A stretch of 64,000 nucleotides of DNA from Cyanophora paradoxa CCMP329 (lineage: Eukaryota; Plantae; Glaucophyta): the NCBI GenBank assembly GCA_004431415.1, contig QPMI01000408.1:434001-498000 (forward strand), in the 5' to 3' direction. The translations under genes and the position numbers were made by a program. The notes beneath the pieces were generated by a model. That model was not told the DNA's origin. It saw only the letters and a list, made by a program, of their open reading frames with translations, and made no database searches. Positions 12,901 through 26,554 of the stretch are shown one piece after another (position 1 is the first letter of the stretch; each line of letters begins with the position of its first letter).

Positions 12901-15900
12901 GACTCGCTCCGGGCGGAGGGCGTCGTGCTCTTCTCCGCCAGCATCACACCCCTGCGAGACCTCGACGGCATCCTCTGCACCGGTGAGCGCTGCGTTAACG
13001 TTCCGTCGATCCCGACGGCCTCGTGCCACGTGCACGTTCCGTCGATCCCGACGGCCTCGCGCGCGCGCGGGGCAGACCTTGTGGGGATGATCACGAGCTG
13101 CAACGCCGGCCTCTGCCACATCTTCGGCTACCGCTCGCCCGAGGAGCTCAAGGGCCGCTCCGTCAACGTGCCCGGGCCCCCTCTCCTTTCCGCCGCCCGG
13201 CGCGACGTTCGTCGGCGATCGTGAGACGCTGCGCCAGATGCTGATGGACGACGAGCTCGCGAAGGAGCACGACGGCTACCTCCGCGACTACCTCACGAAG
13301 GGGCCCACGCGGGTGCGAGCGCCGCGCCGTCTGCGAACGCGGTCGATCGTCGAGCGATCAATCGCGCGATGCGCAGAACGTGGTGGGCAGTCGGCGGCCG
13401 CTGGTGGGCCTGCACAGCAGCGGCTTCCGCATCCCGATCTACATGGAGCTCTCCCACGTCAAGGTCCGCAGCTGCCGCAACGGCGCCAACGGGCGCGCCC
13501 GACGGGGGCGCATTCGCAGGTGGGCGCGGCGGAGTACTTCACGGCGCGCGTGTGGCACCGGCCGCAGGACTCGCCGGTGGCGCCGCGGCTCAGGGCCGGG
13601 GCGCGCTCCCTCCGCATCGAAATCCCGCGGTCGACGTCGGATCACGAGCAGCCGCCCCTGCCCGGGGCCCCGGTCATCGCCACAGCAAGCTTGGAGCCGA
13701 CGTCGCCCACGAAGCCTCCAGCGATTGCGCTGCCGCCGGCGACAACGGTGCGCACGTCGGGCCGTCGATCGCGCCGCTCGAATCCGAATTCGCCACCGAA
13801 CGCACACTCCGCTAATCTTGAGCTTTGCGATTGCGCTTGTAACAGCCGGGGTCGATGGCGAGCCCGCACTCGGATGGGCCGGAGGCGTCGCTGTCGCCGG
13901 GAGGCTCTTCGAACTCGCGCGCGCCGTCGCGCACCGTGCCCCCGTGCGCCCCCCACCTCGAGCTCCGCGGTTCCTTCGGGCGAGATCGATCGCAGGAGCG
14001 AGAGGAGCGTGATCGAGTTTCTTCGTGTGCCGAGCATCGGCAACCTTGGCGGCGCGGAGCCGGGGACCGAGGGGGGGGGCGGGCGCGTGAGCTTCCGCAC
14101 GTTGGAGCACCGCGGGGGCCTGAACAGGAGCCCGTCGGGTCTGGAGGCGGGCGGCGCTCTCATTCTGACGGACTACTCGGACGCTGAAGGCCTCGGGGCC
14201 GTGGGCGCCGGGGCGCCGCAAAGAGAGGACGGCGGCGCCACGAGCCGAGGGCCGCGGGCGCCCTCGCGCGCATCCCGCTCGCGCTCGCGGTCGCGGTCGC
14301 GGTCGCGCCTGCACTTCGCATCCGACAACGAGGCCGAAGCCTCGGGGGCCGAGGGCGGCGCCAGTGATCGTGCGGGAGGCCGGGGAGGCCACGTGCGTGG
14401 ACCTCCAAATCTTTGAATTTGTGCTGACGCTCATGATCAACAGACCACGCGATCACGGCGGTCGTCACACGCCTCGGTCCGCGTGCCCGCCGAGTCGGAG
14501 GCGGAGACGGAGTTCGGGGGCACGCACCGGTCCGCGCTGCACGCGTACGTGCCGGTGCAGACCGACCTGGACCCGGACTTCCCTCGTGGGGGGCCCGGGC
14601 CCGCCTCCGCCAGCCCCGACGGGGCGGAGCTCGAAGAGGGGCCGGCGAACCCGTCGTTTGGGTCGAACGTGCGGAGCGTGCGGCTGCGGTGGCGGGCGCG
14701 CGTGCTCAAAACGCTCGCCACGCGCTCGGACCCCGCCGTCGAGCGCCTCTGGCGCAGCATCTACATCGGCATCGCCAGTGCGCCCGCCGCGCGCCCCGGC
14801 CCCCACACCTCTTCCCCGCCCCGCCCGACCCGGCCGCAGTCATGGGCGTGATGGCGCTGGCGGCGTTCATTGCGGTGGAGGCCATCACAAACGCCTTCGA
14901 GTCGATGATCACCGACTTCAGGTCCGCTCGAGCGGTGTTTGCTTGCAGCTGCTTGGCTGTGCGACCCGTCTGACGGCGCCCCGGCCCGGGCCGCGCAGCC
15001 TGTCGAGCGAGCGGGCGGTGCTCTCGCAGTCGCTCACCCTCGAGGCCCGCTCCCTCGCCCTCGCCCTCGGCGACACCGTGCCGCCGGCCCCGCCCCGTCC
15101 CGCCCTCCCCGCCCCGCCCGGCGCCGACGCCGGCCGCAGGCTGCTCTGGCGGCCTCCGCGGGGCGCGTCGAGGCGATGGCCGTCCGTTTCGCGGAGATCT
15201 TCGAGGTCCGCGCGAATGCCGATGCGAAATTAAATGGGCGCTCCGCCGGCGCCTCATGATCACCGGGCGGGGCAGAGCATGTCGCGGGGCGCGGAGGGGG
15301 GCGGGCTGTACGGGGCGACGCGGGCGCTGCGGGCCCTGCTCGAGGGGCCCGCCTCGCTCGCCCTCGTCGAGCTCCGCAACGGCGAGCGCCGCGCGGTGCC
15401 GGCCGGCCTCTGGGCCGCCGCCCAGCGCTTCTCGCAGGTCCGCCCAGGTCCTGGCGTCGCCGTCGCTGCCTTTGATTTGCGATTGCAATTGATCGCCGAC
15501 GCGAGCAGCACGCGATTCTGCTGGCGGCCGACGGGAAGGGCGCCGCGGAGTCGCAGGCCGTGGCGGTCAACGGCACGGTGCGGCCCCGCACCGCCTCTGA
15601 GAGTGCTTCGGCGCCTCCAAATTAAAGTGAAACGCTGAATATTTATTCATTCCCGCTGGGACTCCAGGACGGCCAAGGCGGCCTCTCGGCGCTCCCCGGC
15701 GGCTGCCTCGCCGGCGGCCCGCTTTGCCCGAGCTGGCTCTTCGTCGCTGCCAACGGCGCCAGCGGCGGCGGAGGTGCGCGAGCCACGCCGCATCGAGGGG
15801 CCGGATCGTGACGCGCGGGGGCAGTGTACGACGGGCTGCTGCGGGCGACGGAGCTGCACGCGGCGCGGATGGACGCCACGCACACGATGCTCGAGGCGCG

Positions 15901-18769
15901 CCCCGCCACGCGGCCGCCCGCCTCCCCGCCGGGGCTCACTCTCGCGCAGGCGGTGTACGTGGGGACGTTCGTGGCGTCGGCGGCGGTGGTGGGCCTGCTG
16001 GCGCTGCTCTCGTTCGGGCCGGTGCGGCGGGTGCGGGAGGACCGGGACGCCGTCATGGAGCTCTTCCTCGCCATCCCCAAGCCCGTCGTCCGCGTCCTCG
16101 CCCGCCGCCGCGCCGCCGCCCCGGAGAGCAGGCCCGCCCGCCCCGGCCATGGCCAACCCCGCCCCCGCTCCCGGCGCCGGCCGCGCTGACCGTCAGCGGC
16201 GATCGCGATCGCGCGCAGCGAGTCCGAGTCGGAGGGGGAGGATGGGGAGGACGGGGAGGAGGCGGAGGAGGGGGGGAGGAGGAGGGGAGGGAGGCTCGCA
16301 GTCCTCGGGCGGCGACGGCGACCGGCCCGCCTCGCCCGGCCGGCGCAGGTGCCCACGGCCGCCGCGTCGACCCGCGGTGACGTTGTGGGGCCGCGCTGGG
16401 CTGACGCGGGGCCCCCGGGCCGGGGTGCAGGGAGCACGACCGGGAGCGCATGCATATGCGGCGCAATGACGAGCGGCGCGACGCCGCCATCCAGGTCCCC
16501 CCGCCCCCGCCCCCGCCCCCGCCCCCAGCGCCGGCCGCCGTACGCGTGGCGAGCGCCTCGGCAGATTTCGCGGGCGCTGGAGGAGGCGCAGCTGGCGGCG
16601 GCGGCGGAGCGCGCCCTGCAGATGCGCTCGCGCTCCTCGTGGCGCCTGCGCCGCGACGCCTCCTTCGGCAGGGGCGCCGGGAGGTGCCCTCGCCCGCCCG
16701 GCGGCACCGCCCGCCCCGCTGACTCGATCGCGAAATTATCAAACCCGCCGGGCCGCCAGCTCGGGGCGGGCGCGGGCCCCGCTGAGCATCGAGCGGATCG
16801 CGGCGGCGGCGGGCGCCGGGTCCAGATCCGGCTCCGTGCGGGTCCGGCGAGCCGCGCAGGGCGGCGAGGCCGGCCTTTCAGTCTCGAGCTCGCAGGCCTC
16901 CCCGTCCGCCCGCGGCCGGCGCGTCTCGGCGCTGGGCGTGCACGCGGTGGCGGCGGCGGCGAAGGGCGAGCGGCGGCCGACGCACCCGGGCACGGCGCGG
17001 CAGTCGCGGGACGTGCAGGTCGTCGAGATCTCGGCCCGCAGCGAGTCGACGGCGGCCGCCAGCTCCAACCCGAGCGCCGGCGGCGCCGCCGTCGTCGCCG
17101 TCGCCGGCCTCGGCCTCCTCTCGGCGCGCCTCGGCTCTCATCTATCTGCCCCGCCGGCTCTGTCATCTCATCTATCGTTGCGCGCTCGCAGAGCCGCTTC
17201 CTGCGCCGCCGGCGGAGCGTGGACCGGGAGCAGGCCTCTCCCGATGGCGCCGGCACGCCCACGGGCCCCGATCGCGATCGCGAGCAGGAGCCGAGCCCGG
17301 GCGGCGCTCGCGATCGCGATCGCGCCTCGGACGCCCCGCGCCGCGTCGTCTCGCCCCCGGCCCGCCCGGCCTACCACGGCAAGGGCTCCGAGCGCCTCTT
17401 CCGTCAGGTGCTGCCGCCGTGGCGCCGCCCTTCTCCTCTGCCCGCCAGCCACGTGCACGCTCGCCCTTATTTGTCTTCGATCTAAATTTAGATCGTGCTG
17501 CGGTTCACCGTCTCGAGCCTCGTCATCACCGCCGCGTTTGCGCTCATTTTCGCCGCGGGATTCAGCGTCAACGAGGTGCGCTCGGAGCTCGGTCGCGCGC
17601 GCGAAATAAAATATTTAAAATTTGGGAACAAGAGACTGTCCGGATCCGGGGATCCTCGCTCGCCTTCCTCGCCCGCCCGTGATCGCGACGGCAGGAGGCG
17701 GACCGGCGGACGCAGGACCTGCTGGCGGCGGCCCAGAGGCGCGCCATCGCCTCCCACATCGTCGTCCTCGCCCGCGAGGCGGGCCCCGCCCCGGCCTCCC
17801 CTCGTTCCGCCCCGCGGCTGATCGTGACGGCGGCGCGCGCGCAGGTGACGCTGCAGGCGGCGCCGCCGGGCCAGCCGGCGGCGGCCGCGCCGGCGCTCTC
17901 CGCCGCGGAGGCGGCGGGGCTGCTCGCGGCGAGCGCGGCAGCGCTGCAGGCGGCGCACGCGGCGCTGGCGCCGCAGCGGGCGGCCTCGGCGGAGCTGCTG
18001 GCGCTGAACGCGGCGGGGGCGTGCCTGCGGGCGCCGCCGGCCAACTGCAGCGACGCGGGCGTCCGCTCGCCGCCATCCTGACGCGCGGCCTCGACGCCCT
18101 CGTCCCCTTCTACGCGGAGCAGGCGGAACTGCTCGCCGAGGCGCCCGAGGCGGGGCGGACGGCGCGCTCGGCCGCCTTCCGCTTCGTGTGGGCGGCCGGG
18201 CGCGCCGACCTCGCCGACGGGCTCGCCGCCGCCGAGGCCGCCCACGAGACCATCGCCCGAGCCGCCGTGCGCCCGCCGCCCGCGCGAGCGCTGTGCATGT
18301 GCGCGCTCGGGCGGGGCGCGGCTGAGCGGGGGCCGGGGCCGGGGCGGGGGCAGGTGCACCTGGTGGGCCCCGTGCACGGCGGGCTGCTGGCCGTCGCGCT
18401 GGTCGCCCTCCTCGCCTCGCTCGCCCTCCAGCGCAAGATGTGCCGCCGCCTCATCGACGAGGTCCGCGCCCCACGACCGCGACCGGCGCCGGTTTCGATC
18501 CGGCGCAATCGCTTAATTGCAACGGCCTGCTGACACTTGCCGTTTACGTTGTGCAGTGGCGGCGGACGCACAACCTGCTGCAGCTGATCCCCGCCGAGGT
18601 CTCGGTGCGCGCTCAGTGACCACCCCCTTTGGCGCAGCTCGCCTCTCGATCGCGAATTCGAGCGCTCACCTTAAGCTTGCGCCCCGTTTCGTTTCAGGAC
18701 AAAGTGGACGCGATCCGGCGGTACCTCGAGTCGCACGACCCGTCGGGCGCAGTTTCTTCGAGAAGGTGA
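6926..18769 (+). CDS. TmcB/TmcC-like large membrane protein: N-terminal multi-TM region, TPR-like region, at least 4-5 PAS domains, C-terminal TM segments; multi-exon
   Basis: Spliced peptides include hydrophobic TM exons; HEVEVAARF; SASVYLAYANFL; MDLVSFVEFQ; YLALIEKHPTSTRLLRAYGSFV; PAS motifs (AVVVMNAEEIITSVN..FGY..EMVGKKITILM..HRDGHLFPI; VVTIDDAGRIKSVN..HKDGSSF; HDEYIQRYL..NKSGALFPI; HDGYLRDYL..HSSGFRIPI); C-terminal RRTRNLLQLIP. Start and stop are approximate. Confidence 0.8.
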
Positions 18770-19184
18770 TCGTAATAAATAAACGAAGTAGTAATTAGCC
18801 ATCAAGGAATCAGCCGCGCTTTGCTTTTTTACTTTTCAGTGCGCACCCGAGGCATCAGCTCGCAGGGTGAAAACATCCGGAGCAGTAGCGCAGCTTGAGT
18901 AAGGATGCCATGATGAAGACCCGAAAGGTCGAAATAGGCATCGTGGCAATACTAGAAAAAGTAGTTTAATTTGCGTAGGTAGCAATAGGCACTACGCGGT
19001 TTTGTTTTGCGTTTCTATGCGTGGTTTTCCCCGTTCGCACTCATGAGCTCGGTGTCCTTCAACAGTTTGTTCAGGTCCTAGGTTCGCAGGTTTATATCTT
19101 GTGCATGCCATGTAAATGTACTACGGTAAAGCATTGTTGTTGTTCATCTAGCATTATCAGCCTGACTAGTGTTTTTTTCTAGCA

Positions 19185-19232
19185 TTTTTTTGAGAGACTA
19201 TAGCTACGGTGGGGCGAGCCCCCCGTAGGTAG
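19185..19232 (-). mobile_element. Very short LINE 3'-end remnant (terminal hairpin + poly-A)
   Basis: tttttttgagagactatagctacggtggggcgagccccccgtaggtag matches 3626-3670 apart from a 6-nt insertion and small changes. Confidence 0.8.
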
Positions 19233-19890
19233 GAACTACCGTACACATTAACTACGGTATACTCAAATACCTAGAACCTTCAATTTTCTTTCGCTACAAC
19301 TTGGCAACCTTTCTTAAAGAGTAATTTCAATTTTGCAAGAAGCGCAGAGATGATTATAGTCTGCTGCCAGGCTGATGAGTGCAAAGTTAGAGTACGCAGG
19401 AACAGCCTCTACAATAGATGCTGAGGTCTAGGGCCACTGTAGTAGCCAATGATTACGAGGTTACGCTTGGTCTTTTTGTGACTGAGTCGCTCACAGTAAC
19501 TAGTTCTTTCGAGGTCTCACACAGGCTAACACAGCGCTAGCTCGCTCATTTGCATGATCAGCCCCGCCCCGTGCCACGGTGGATTTTGCGAAAAATTGGC
19601 TGGATCCGGAATTCCAAGTTCGAATTTTGCAGAAAATCGGCTAGCGCTAGCGCTGGAGGTACGTATACGGTGATATCGATGCTACACAAATTAAAGCCGC
19701 ACGTGATCATTGGCTCACCAGCGGCAATGGCCCCTCGCGCGCACTGTAGAGTGCCCAGTGTTTAATCCAACAATATCGATATCGATTGCCCCAGTGCGAT
19801 CCGACAGACACTTGGATAAGAAGTGGTGCGTTCACGGTCACGTGGTCCGTCAAAAAACAAGTGCCTACGAGCATCAACTACATCGCACTA

Positions 19891-19972
19891 CTAGGGGCAG
19901 CAACTACAATATGCAAGTACAAGCTTAAGGAGGCGTTGGAGGAGCACGTGCAACGCCGGTTCGGCCCAACGG

Positions 19973-20003
<31 letters not shown>

Positions 20004-23000
20004 CGATCGCGAGTCGCACCCGCGGCGCGGCGCCCCGCCGCTGCGCTGCCCGAGCGAGCGGCCCAAGCCCTGGGCCTTCAAAAGACCTTTGGATCCCCAG
20101 GGCACTCCCCCCACTGCGCATGCAGGCACTTCGCCGCCTCAATCACCGCCGCCGGAAGGCACTCCCCCCACTGCACATGCCCGAACCGGCGATCCGTCAG
20201 CCGAGACGCTTACGAGCACGTTGCGGGGCGGCGGGCGGGGCCGGACCTGGGCGGGGGGCAGCCGGCGAAGGTCTCCGCAGGTGAGGACGGGCGGGGAGCG
20301 CGCCGCGAGACGGGCCACGGCCACGCCCATGTCCTGGGCCGAGAGCCGTCGGCGGAGGGCGGGGCAGGGCGGGCGGGCGGGGCGGGGGCACCTCGCGGGT
20401 GACCGTGAGGCCGGCCTCGAAGGCGAGCGCCGCGAGGGCCTGCCGCACTGGCATCGCGTCCGGGAACACGAAGGCGGTCGGGTCCACCGGCGGGACGGAC
20501 GCGGCGCGGGCGCGGCCGGGCCGGGGCCGGGGCGGCGGCCGCGGGCGGCGGTGTCGCGGGAACGACGGCGGCGGGCGGCGGGGAGGGGCGGCAGGGGTTA
20601 CGGGCGCCGAGGGGGCGAGCAGCGGGGGCGCCTCAGGGGGGCCGCATGCGCCGTGGAGGGCATCGACGGGGGGGAGGGAATCGAAGCGGGGAGGGGGCGA
20701 GGGGCAAGGGGGCGAGCAAAAGCGCCCCCGGGGGCGGCAGCGGGCGCCGGAGCAGCCGGAGCCGCCGTTGCCGCCGCCGCCGCCGCCGGGCCGCCGGGGC
20801 CCCGGGCCGGCGAGGCCGGCGAGGTGGCAGGCGGGGACGCCAGCGGCAAAGGAACGCTGGGCCTTGCGAGGGGCGGAGGGGCCGAGACGGGGCCGGGGCG
20901 GCGCAGGGCGTTCCTCGCTGCGGGGAGGCCGTTCGGGGAGGGCGGCCGGGGCGGGAGAGACGGCGGCGGGGTACCAGGCGACAAAGCAGACGGGGGCCGG
21001 GGGGCGAGGAAGGGAGGGGGCAGGGGCTCCGCGGGCCTGATCCTGACCGCCTGGAGCGGGGCCGGGGCGGGGCCGGCCGAGGGCGGGCCGGAGGCGCCGG
21101 GGCGGGCTGGCGGCGCGTTGGGCGAGCGCCAGAGCAGAGAAAGAGGCCACGGCGGGGCGGCCGCGGACCGGAGCCGGGGCCGGGCCGGGGCCAGCGACGC
21201 GCCGGACGGCCCGGGCCCCGCGGCGATGGCGCCGGGCGCGGCTGCGCCGGGCGCGCCGGGCGCGCCGGGCGCCGCCCGCCGGCTTCGGAGGCAGGGGCGC
21301 CAGAGCCGCCGCAGGAGCCACTGCCGGAGCAGCCGCCGGAGCCGCGGCCCGAGCCAACGGAGACGCCGCTGGAGCCGCCGCTGGAGCTGCTGCCGGAGCC
21401 GGCGCCGGAGCCGGCGCCGGCGCCGCCGCCACCGCCGGAACAGCTGTCGGAGCCGCCAACAGAGTCGCGGCCGCAGGTGCCGCCGGGGTCAATACCTGAG
21501 CAGCCGCCGGAGATGCTGCCAGAGCAGCCACCGCAGTTGTCGACAGAGGCGCTGCTGAAGACGCCACCGGAGCTGCCGCCGGAGCCGCCGGAGCCGCCTT
21601 CGGATCTGCCTTCTTAGCTGCTTCCAAGTCCGCTGCCAGAGACACGACCGGAGACACGGCGGCCGAAGCCGTCGCCGGAACCGGCACCGGAGCTGCTGCT
21701 GAAGCCGCCCCCGAGGCCGCCACCAGACCCGTGGCGGCCGCTCTCGTTGAGGCCGCCGCTGAAGCGGCCGCCGGAGTCGCCACCACAGACGCCGACCGAG
21801 CAGCCGCCAGAGCCGCTGCCGGAGCAGCCGCTGGAGCCGCGGCCAGAGACGCCGCCGCAGCCGTCGCCGGATGCGCCACCGGGGCGGCCGCTGCCAGAGC
21901 CACGAGAGACACGACCGGAGGCGCTGCTGGAGGGGCGCTCGGCGGCTCCGTCGGACCCGCTGCTCTCCCAGCAGCAGCGTCGCTGGCTGCAGGCCCGGGC
22001 GGCGGGAGGACTGCCACGGGCCCTGGCTCGAGACGAGGGGCGCCAGCCGGAGTGGCGGCGGGCGGGGCGGGGGCCGCGGGGAGAGGCGCCGCCTGAGCAG
22101 CAGCGGCGGCCGCTGGGGACGACGGGCCGGCGGACGCGGCCGGTCCGGGTCCAAGGGGAGGGGCCAATGCTGCCGGCGCGGCGACCGGGACCGCGTGCGC
22201 ATGCCCCGGCAGAGCCACGGCGGGCGAAGCTCCGGCGCGCGCAGAGGCTGCGAGAGCGGAGGGCGCCGACGGGGCGGCCAAGGTACGTGCCGCCACGACA
22301 GAGGGGTCCGGTGGGGCTGCGGCGGGCGTGCCGGGGGCGGGGAGGGACGAGGCGGGGGAGGCTGGGTCCGCACGGGTCGGAGGAGGGGCAGCAGAGGGCG
22401 CCGGGCGCGCGGCGGCGGCAGGGGCCGATGCGGGGCTAGGGGACGGGGCGCGGGGGAAGTTCGGTGGAGCCGGCACGGCGATGGCCGCGGGGGGCGCGGC
22501 GGCGGGAACGGGAGCGGGGCGGCAGAGGCGGCCGACTCAGCGACCGGAACCAAGAGCCCGGGCGGGGCTGCGGCGGGGAGGGGGGGGAGGGGGCGCCCGC
22601 GGAGGCGGAGGGGGCGGCGGCCTCTGTAACGGCAGCGCCGAAGAGGACGCGGCGACCGGCGGCGACGGGAGGTGCGCGAGGGAGGTAGGGCGCGGGAAGG
22701 GCTCCAGACGCTCGCCCGGCGCCTCCGCTCCGGCGGCGGGGCCAGCGGAGGCTGCCGGGTCCGGCGTCCGCGGCGTGCTGGGGGCGCTCGAACCCCGCTC
22801 CGGGGCGGTGGCCGGCGGCGCGCTCGCGGGCGGGGCGGCCACGTGCAGGGGCCACCGCCCCAGCCAGATGGGCGGCTGCAGCGGCAGCGCGGTGGGGGCT
22901 GCCGGGACCGGCGCCCGCGGAGCGATCGGCACGGGCGACCTCGCCGGTATGCGCCCGCCGCCCACTGCGCCGACGTCGCCGCCCCGTCGGCGCCGCCGCG

Positions 23001-26000
23001 TCGGCGCCGGCCAGAGGCTGCTGCGCGGCTTGAGCGGGCGCCTGCGCCAGCTGCGCGAGGGCCGACTGGAGCACCCGCGTGGCAAGTGCGTCCGCGGCGC
23101 CCTGCGCGCGCCTCTGCGCCGGCTGCTGCACCGGCTGCGGCGGCTGCGGCAACGGCCGCTGCTGCTGCTGGTGGAAGTGCTGCAGAGCAGGGTGGGGCGC
23201 CCGAGTCGCCGAAGGCCGGGCCAGCAGCTGCTGCGCTTGCAGCACGTGGAGCGGCTGCGGCGGCTGCGGCGGCTGCGGCGGCTGCGGCGGCGGGTGCAGC
23301 AGCGCCTGTGCGTACTGCTGCAGCGCGTGCGCCTGTGCCTGCGCCGCCGCCGCCGCCACCCGCTGCGCCTCCCCGGGCTGCCACGCCTGCGCCGGGGCTG
23401 CGGCGGCGGGCTGCTGCTGCTGCCACTGGCGCTGGGCGGCGCGGTGCAGGAGCGTGGCGACTTGGCGCGGGCTCTCCCGTAGAGTGCTAAGCACGCCCAG
23501 GAGCTCGTAGAGGTGCTGCGCCAGCTGCTGCTCCGCCCGCGGGCGGCTGCGCCCCGCCGCGTCGAGTCCCCCCAGCTCTTGGAGCACCTCCCGCAGCTTG
23601 GCGTGCACCTGGGGCGCAGCGTGAGCGCAGGCGGGGCGGGGCGGGGCGGGGCGGGGCGGGGCGGGGCGCGCCTGCAGCAGCTGGATCTGAAGGTACGGCG
23701 CCATGAACTGTGGCGGCGGCGGATCGGAACGCATCGCATCGGCGGCGGCGGCGAGGGGCGCGGGGCAGGAGGGCGCGCACGAGCGGGTCGGCGGCGAAGA
23801 GGGTCCGGTCGACCGGGCCGAGGGCGAGCGCCAGGATGTTCTGGACGGCCCGAAGGCCCGCCGCGACCCGCGCCAGCAGGGACCGCCGCACCTGCCGCCC
23901 CGGCGCGTGGGCCGGCGCGAAGGCGGGAGCGGGGGCTGCGAGGAAGAAAAGCGTACCAAAGGGTCCGCATGCGTGCAGAACGCCTGCAGTGAAAGCGGTC
24001 AGAGGGGGCGGCGCTGGAGGAGGGGTACGGGCGAACCCGGAAGGCTTCGAGGAGGGGTACGTAGCACGCGGTGCCCCCCGTGGCGTGGAACGGGCCCGCG
24101 TCCAGCGAGCCGGGCTGCGGGGCGGCCTCAGGCGCGCAGGAAGAAAGGGGGGGGAGGGGAGGGGCCAAGGAGGGGTACGCGCCTCTGGGGGCTGGAGCAG
24201 GAGCTCTCGGGCGGGGTCCAGGTCGAACAGCGCGGCGGCGGGAGGGAAGGGGACGGGTATCGCGACGGGCGCGGGGGCCGGGGCCGGGGCCGGGGCCGGG
24301 GCCCGAGAGGATGAGGAGGCGTAGGCGGAGGAGGAGGAGGAGGAGGAGGAGGAGGCGGGCTGCGCCGCGGCCGCGGCCAGGCCGGCGGCGGGCTGCATGC
24401 CGGCCAACCGCTGCGGCCGAGAGGAAGTGGATGAGGAGGCCGCGGCGGCGGCGGCTGCGGCGGACGCGGCGACGGCCGCCGCGGCCGCCGCGGCCCTCTG
24501 CCGCTGCTCGGCGACCGCCGCGGCTCGCTGCCGCTGCTCGTGGACCGCCTGCAGCTCCGCGTGGCGCGCCTCCGCCGCCTCCTGCGCGCCCGCCCGCCCG
24601 CCCGCCCGCGTGAGCCGCTCTCCGCCGGCGCGGCGGCGCGGAATCGTGTACCCGGGTGTCGTAGAGGTTGCGGAGTAGAATGAGGAGGTCGTCGAGGCAG
24701 GGGTACAGCTGCAGGGCGCTGGGGCCGCCGGCGCCGGCCTCGAGCGCGGCGGCGACCTCGTCCAGATCGCGCAGCACGGCCAGCGGCGTGGTGGTGCGTA
24801 CCTCCAGTCCGCCCCGCTGGCCAGCGCGTGAGCGGGGAGGCGGCGGAGGGGGGGAAGGGCTAAGGGGCGTACCCGGCCGTCGACGAAGAAGAGGAGCGGG
24901 GCGGGCCCGAGGGGGGCGCAGGCGGCGGCGAGGAGCGCGGCGGCCTCGCGGAGGCTCGCGGCGGCGCGCGGGGCGAGGCCGGCGTCGGCGGCCCGCGGCC
25001 CGCCGGCCGCCAGCGCGTCCCGCACTGCTATGAGCTCTGCAAAGGGCGCGAGGATCGCCTGGAGCAGCCGGCGCTCGGGGGGCGCCGGCGCGCCGGCGGC
25101 GGCGGGCGGCGAGGCGCGCGGGGACCCGCGGGGGAGGCCCGAGGCCCCTCGCCGCGGATCCTGCCTGCGCGAGCGAAGAGGGCGCGGAGGCCTTGGCGGT
25201 GACGCGGGAGGAGCCGTCGGCGACGGCCCGCGGGCGCCAGCGCCGGCGACGGCCCGCGGGGCGCCAGCGGCGGCGCCGGGAGGGTGTCGGTGCAGGACGG
25301 CGCTCGCGGCGGCCTCGAGGGCGATAGCGCGGCGCAGCGCCGGCGGGGGCACCGCCAGCGCCGGGAACGAGAGCCCCGGCCCGTCCCGGCCCCTGGGGCG
25401 GCCGGCGGGGCGCCGGGGTCCGCGACGCGGCGGCGGGAGCGACGGCGGCTTCGGGTGCCGCCGGGGGCGCTGCTTCCGTCTCCGGCGCCGGCGCTGCAAG
25501 CGCCGGGGCCTGTGATGCGGTTATGGGAGCGTCGACGGCGGATTCCGCCGGCACCGTGGGCGCCTCTGGCGCCGGCGGCGCGAGCGGCGGAGCCCACGGC
25601 ACGGCGGGAGGCGCGGCGGCGGATTCCGGCGGCGCCGCAGTAGACGGAGCCACCGGGTCGGGCGCCGCGGCGACCACCGCCGTTGCCTCCAGCGCTGCGA
25701 GCGGCGAAGGCTGCAGAGGCCGCGCCACGGAGGGGAGTGCGACGGCGGCCCCGGCGCCGCCACCGGCGCCGCCACCGCAGACAGAGACAGAGACGCGGCC
25801 GGGGGAGCGGCGCGGCTGGCGGGAGCGGCGCGGCCGGCGATGCGGCGGCGGGAGCGACGGCGGCTTCGGGCGCCGCCGGGGGCGCTGCGTCCGTCTCCGG
25901 CGCCGGCGCCGCAAGCGCCGGGGCCCACGAAGCGGTTGGAGGAGCGACGACGGCGGATTCCGCCGGCACCGCAGGCGCCACCTCCGCCTCTGGCGCCGGC

Positions 26001-26522
26001 GACGCGAGCGGCGGAGCCCGCGGCACGACGGGAGGCGCGGCGGCGGATTCCGGCGGCGCCACCGCAGAGGGGGCCACCGGCGGCACAGGCTCCGGCTCGG
26101 GCGCCGCGGCGACCACCGCCGTTGCCTCCAGCGCTGCGAGCGGCGAAGGCTGCAGAGGCCGCGCCACGGAGGGGAGTGCGACGGCGGCCCCCGGCGCCGG
26201 CGCCGGCCCCGCTGCAGATAGAGCCAGCGGCGGCACTGGCCCCGGAAAGGGCGAGGCCGCCGCGGCCAGCGGCTCCAGCGCCGAGACGCCCTCGCCGCCC
26301 CCGTCTCCATCCCCGTCGTCGCCCTCGTCGTCGGTCACTGGGATGGAGGCCCCTGCGCGGGCGTCGGGCCGGCGGGAGGGCGAGCGGGCGGGCGGGCGGG
26401 GCGCACCGCCCGAGGAAAAGCTGGGCGCGGGGCTCCCGAGCGGCCGCCCATCCTGTGGCATCGCCGCCGGAGCCGGCGACTGCGACGCCGACGGCGGGGC
26501 CGAGGGCAGAGCCCCGTCCTCG

Positions 26523-26554
<32 letters not shown>

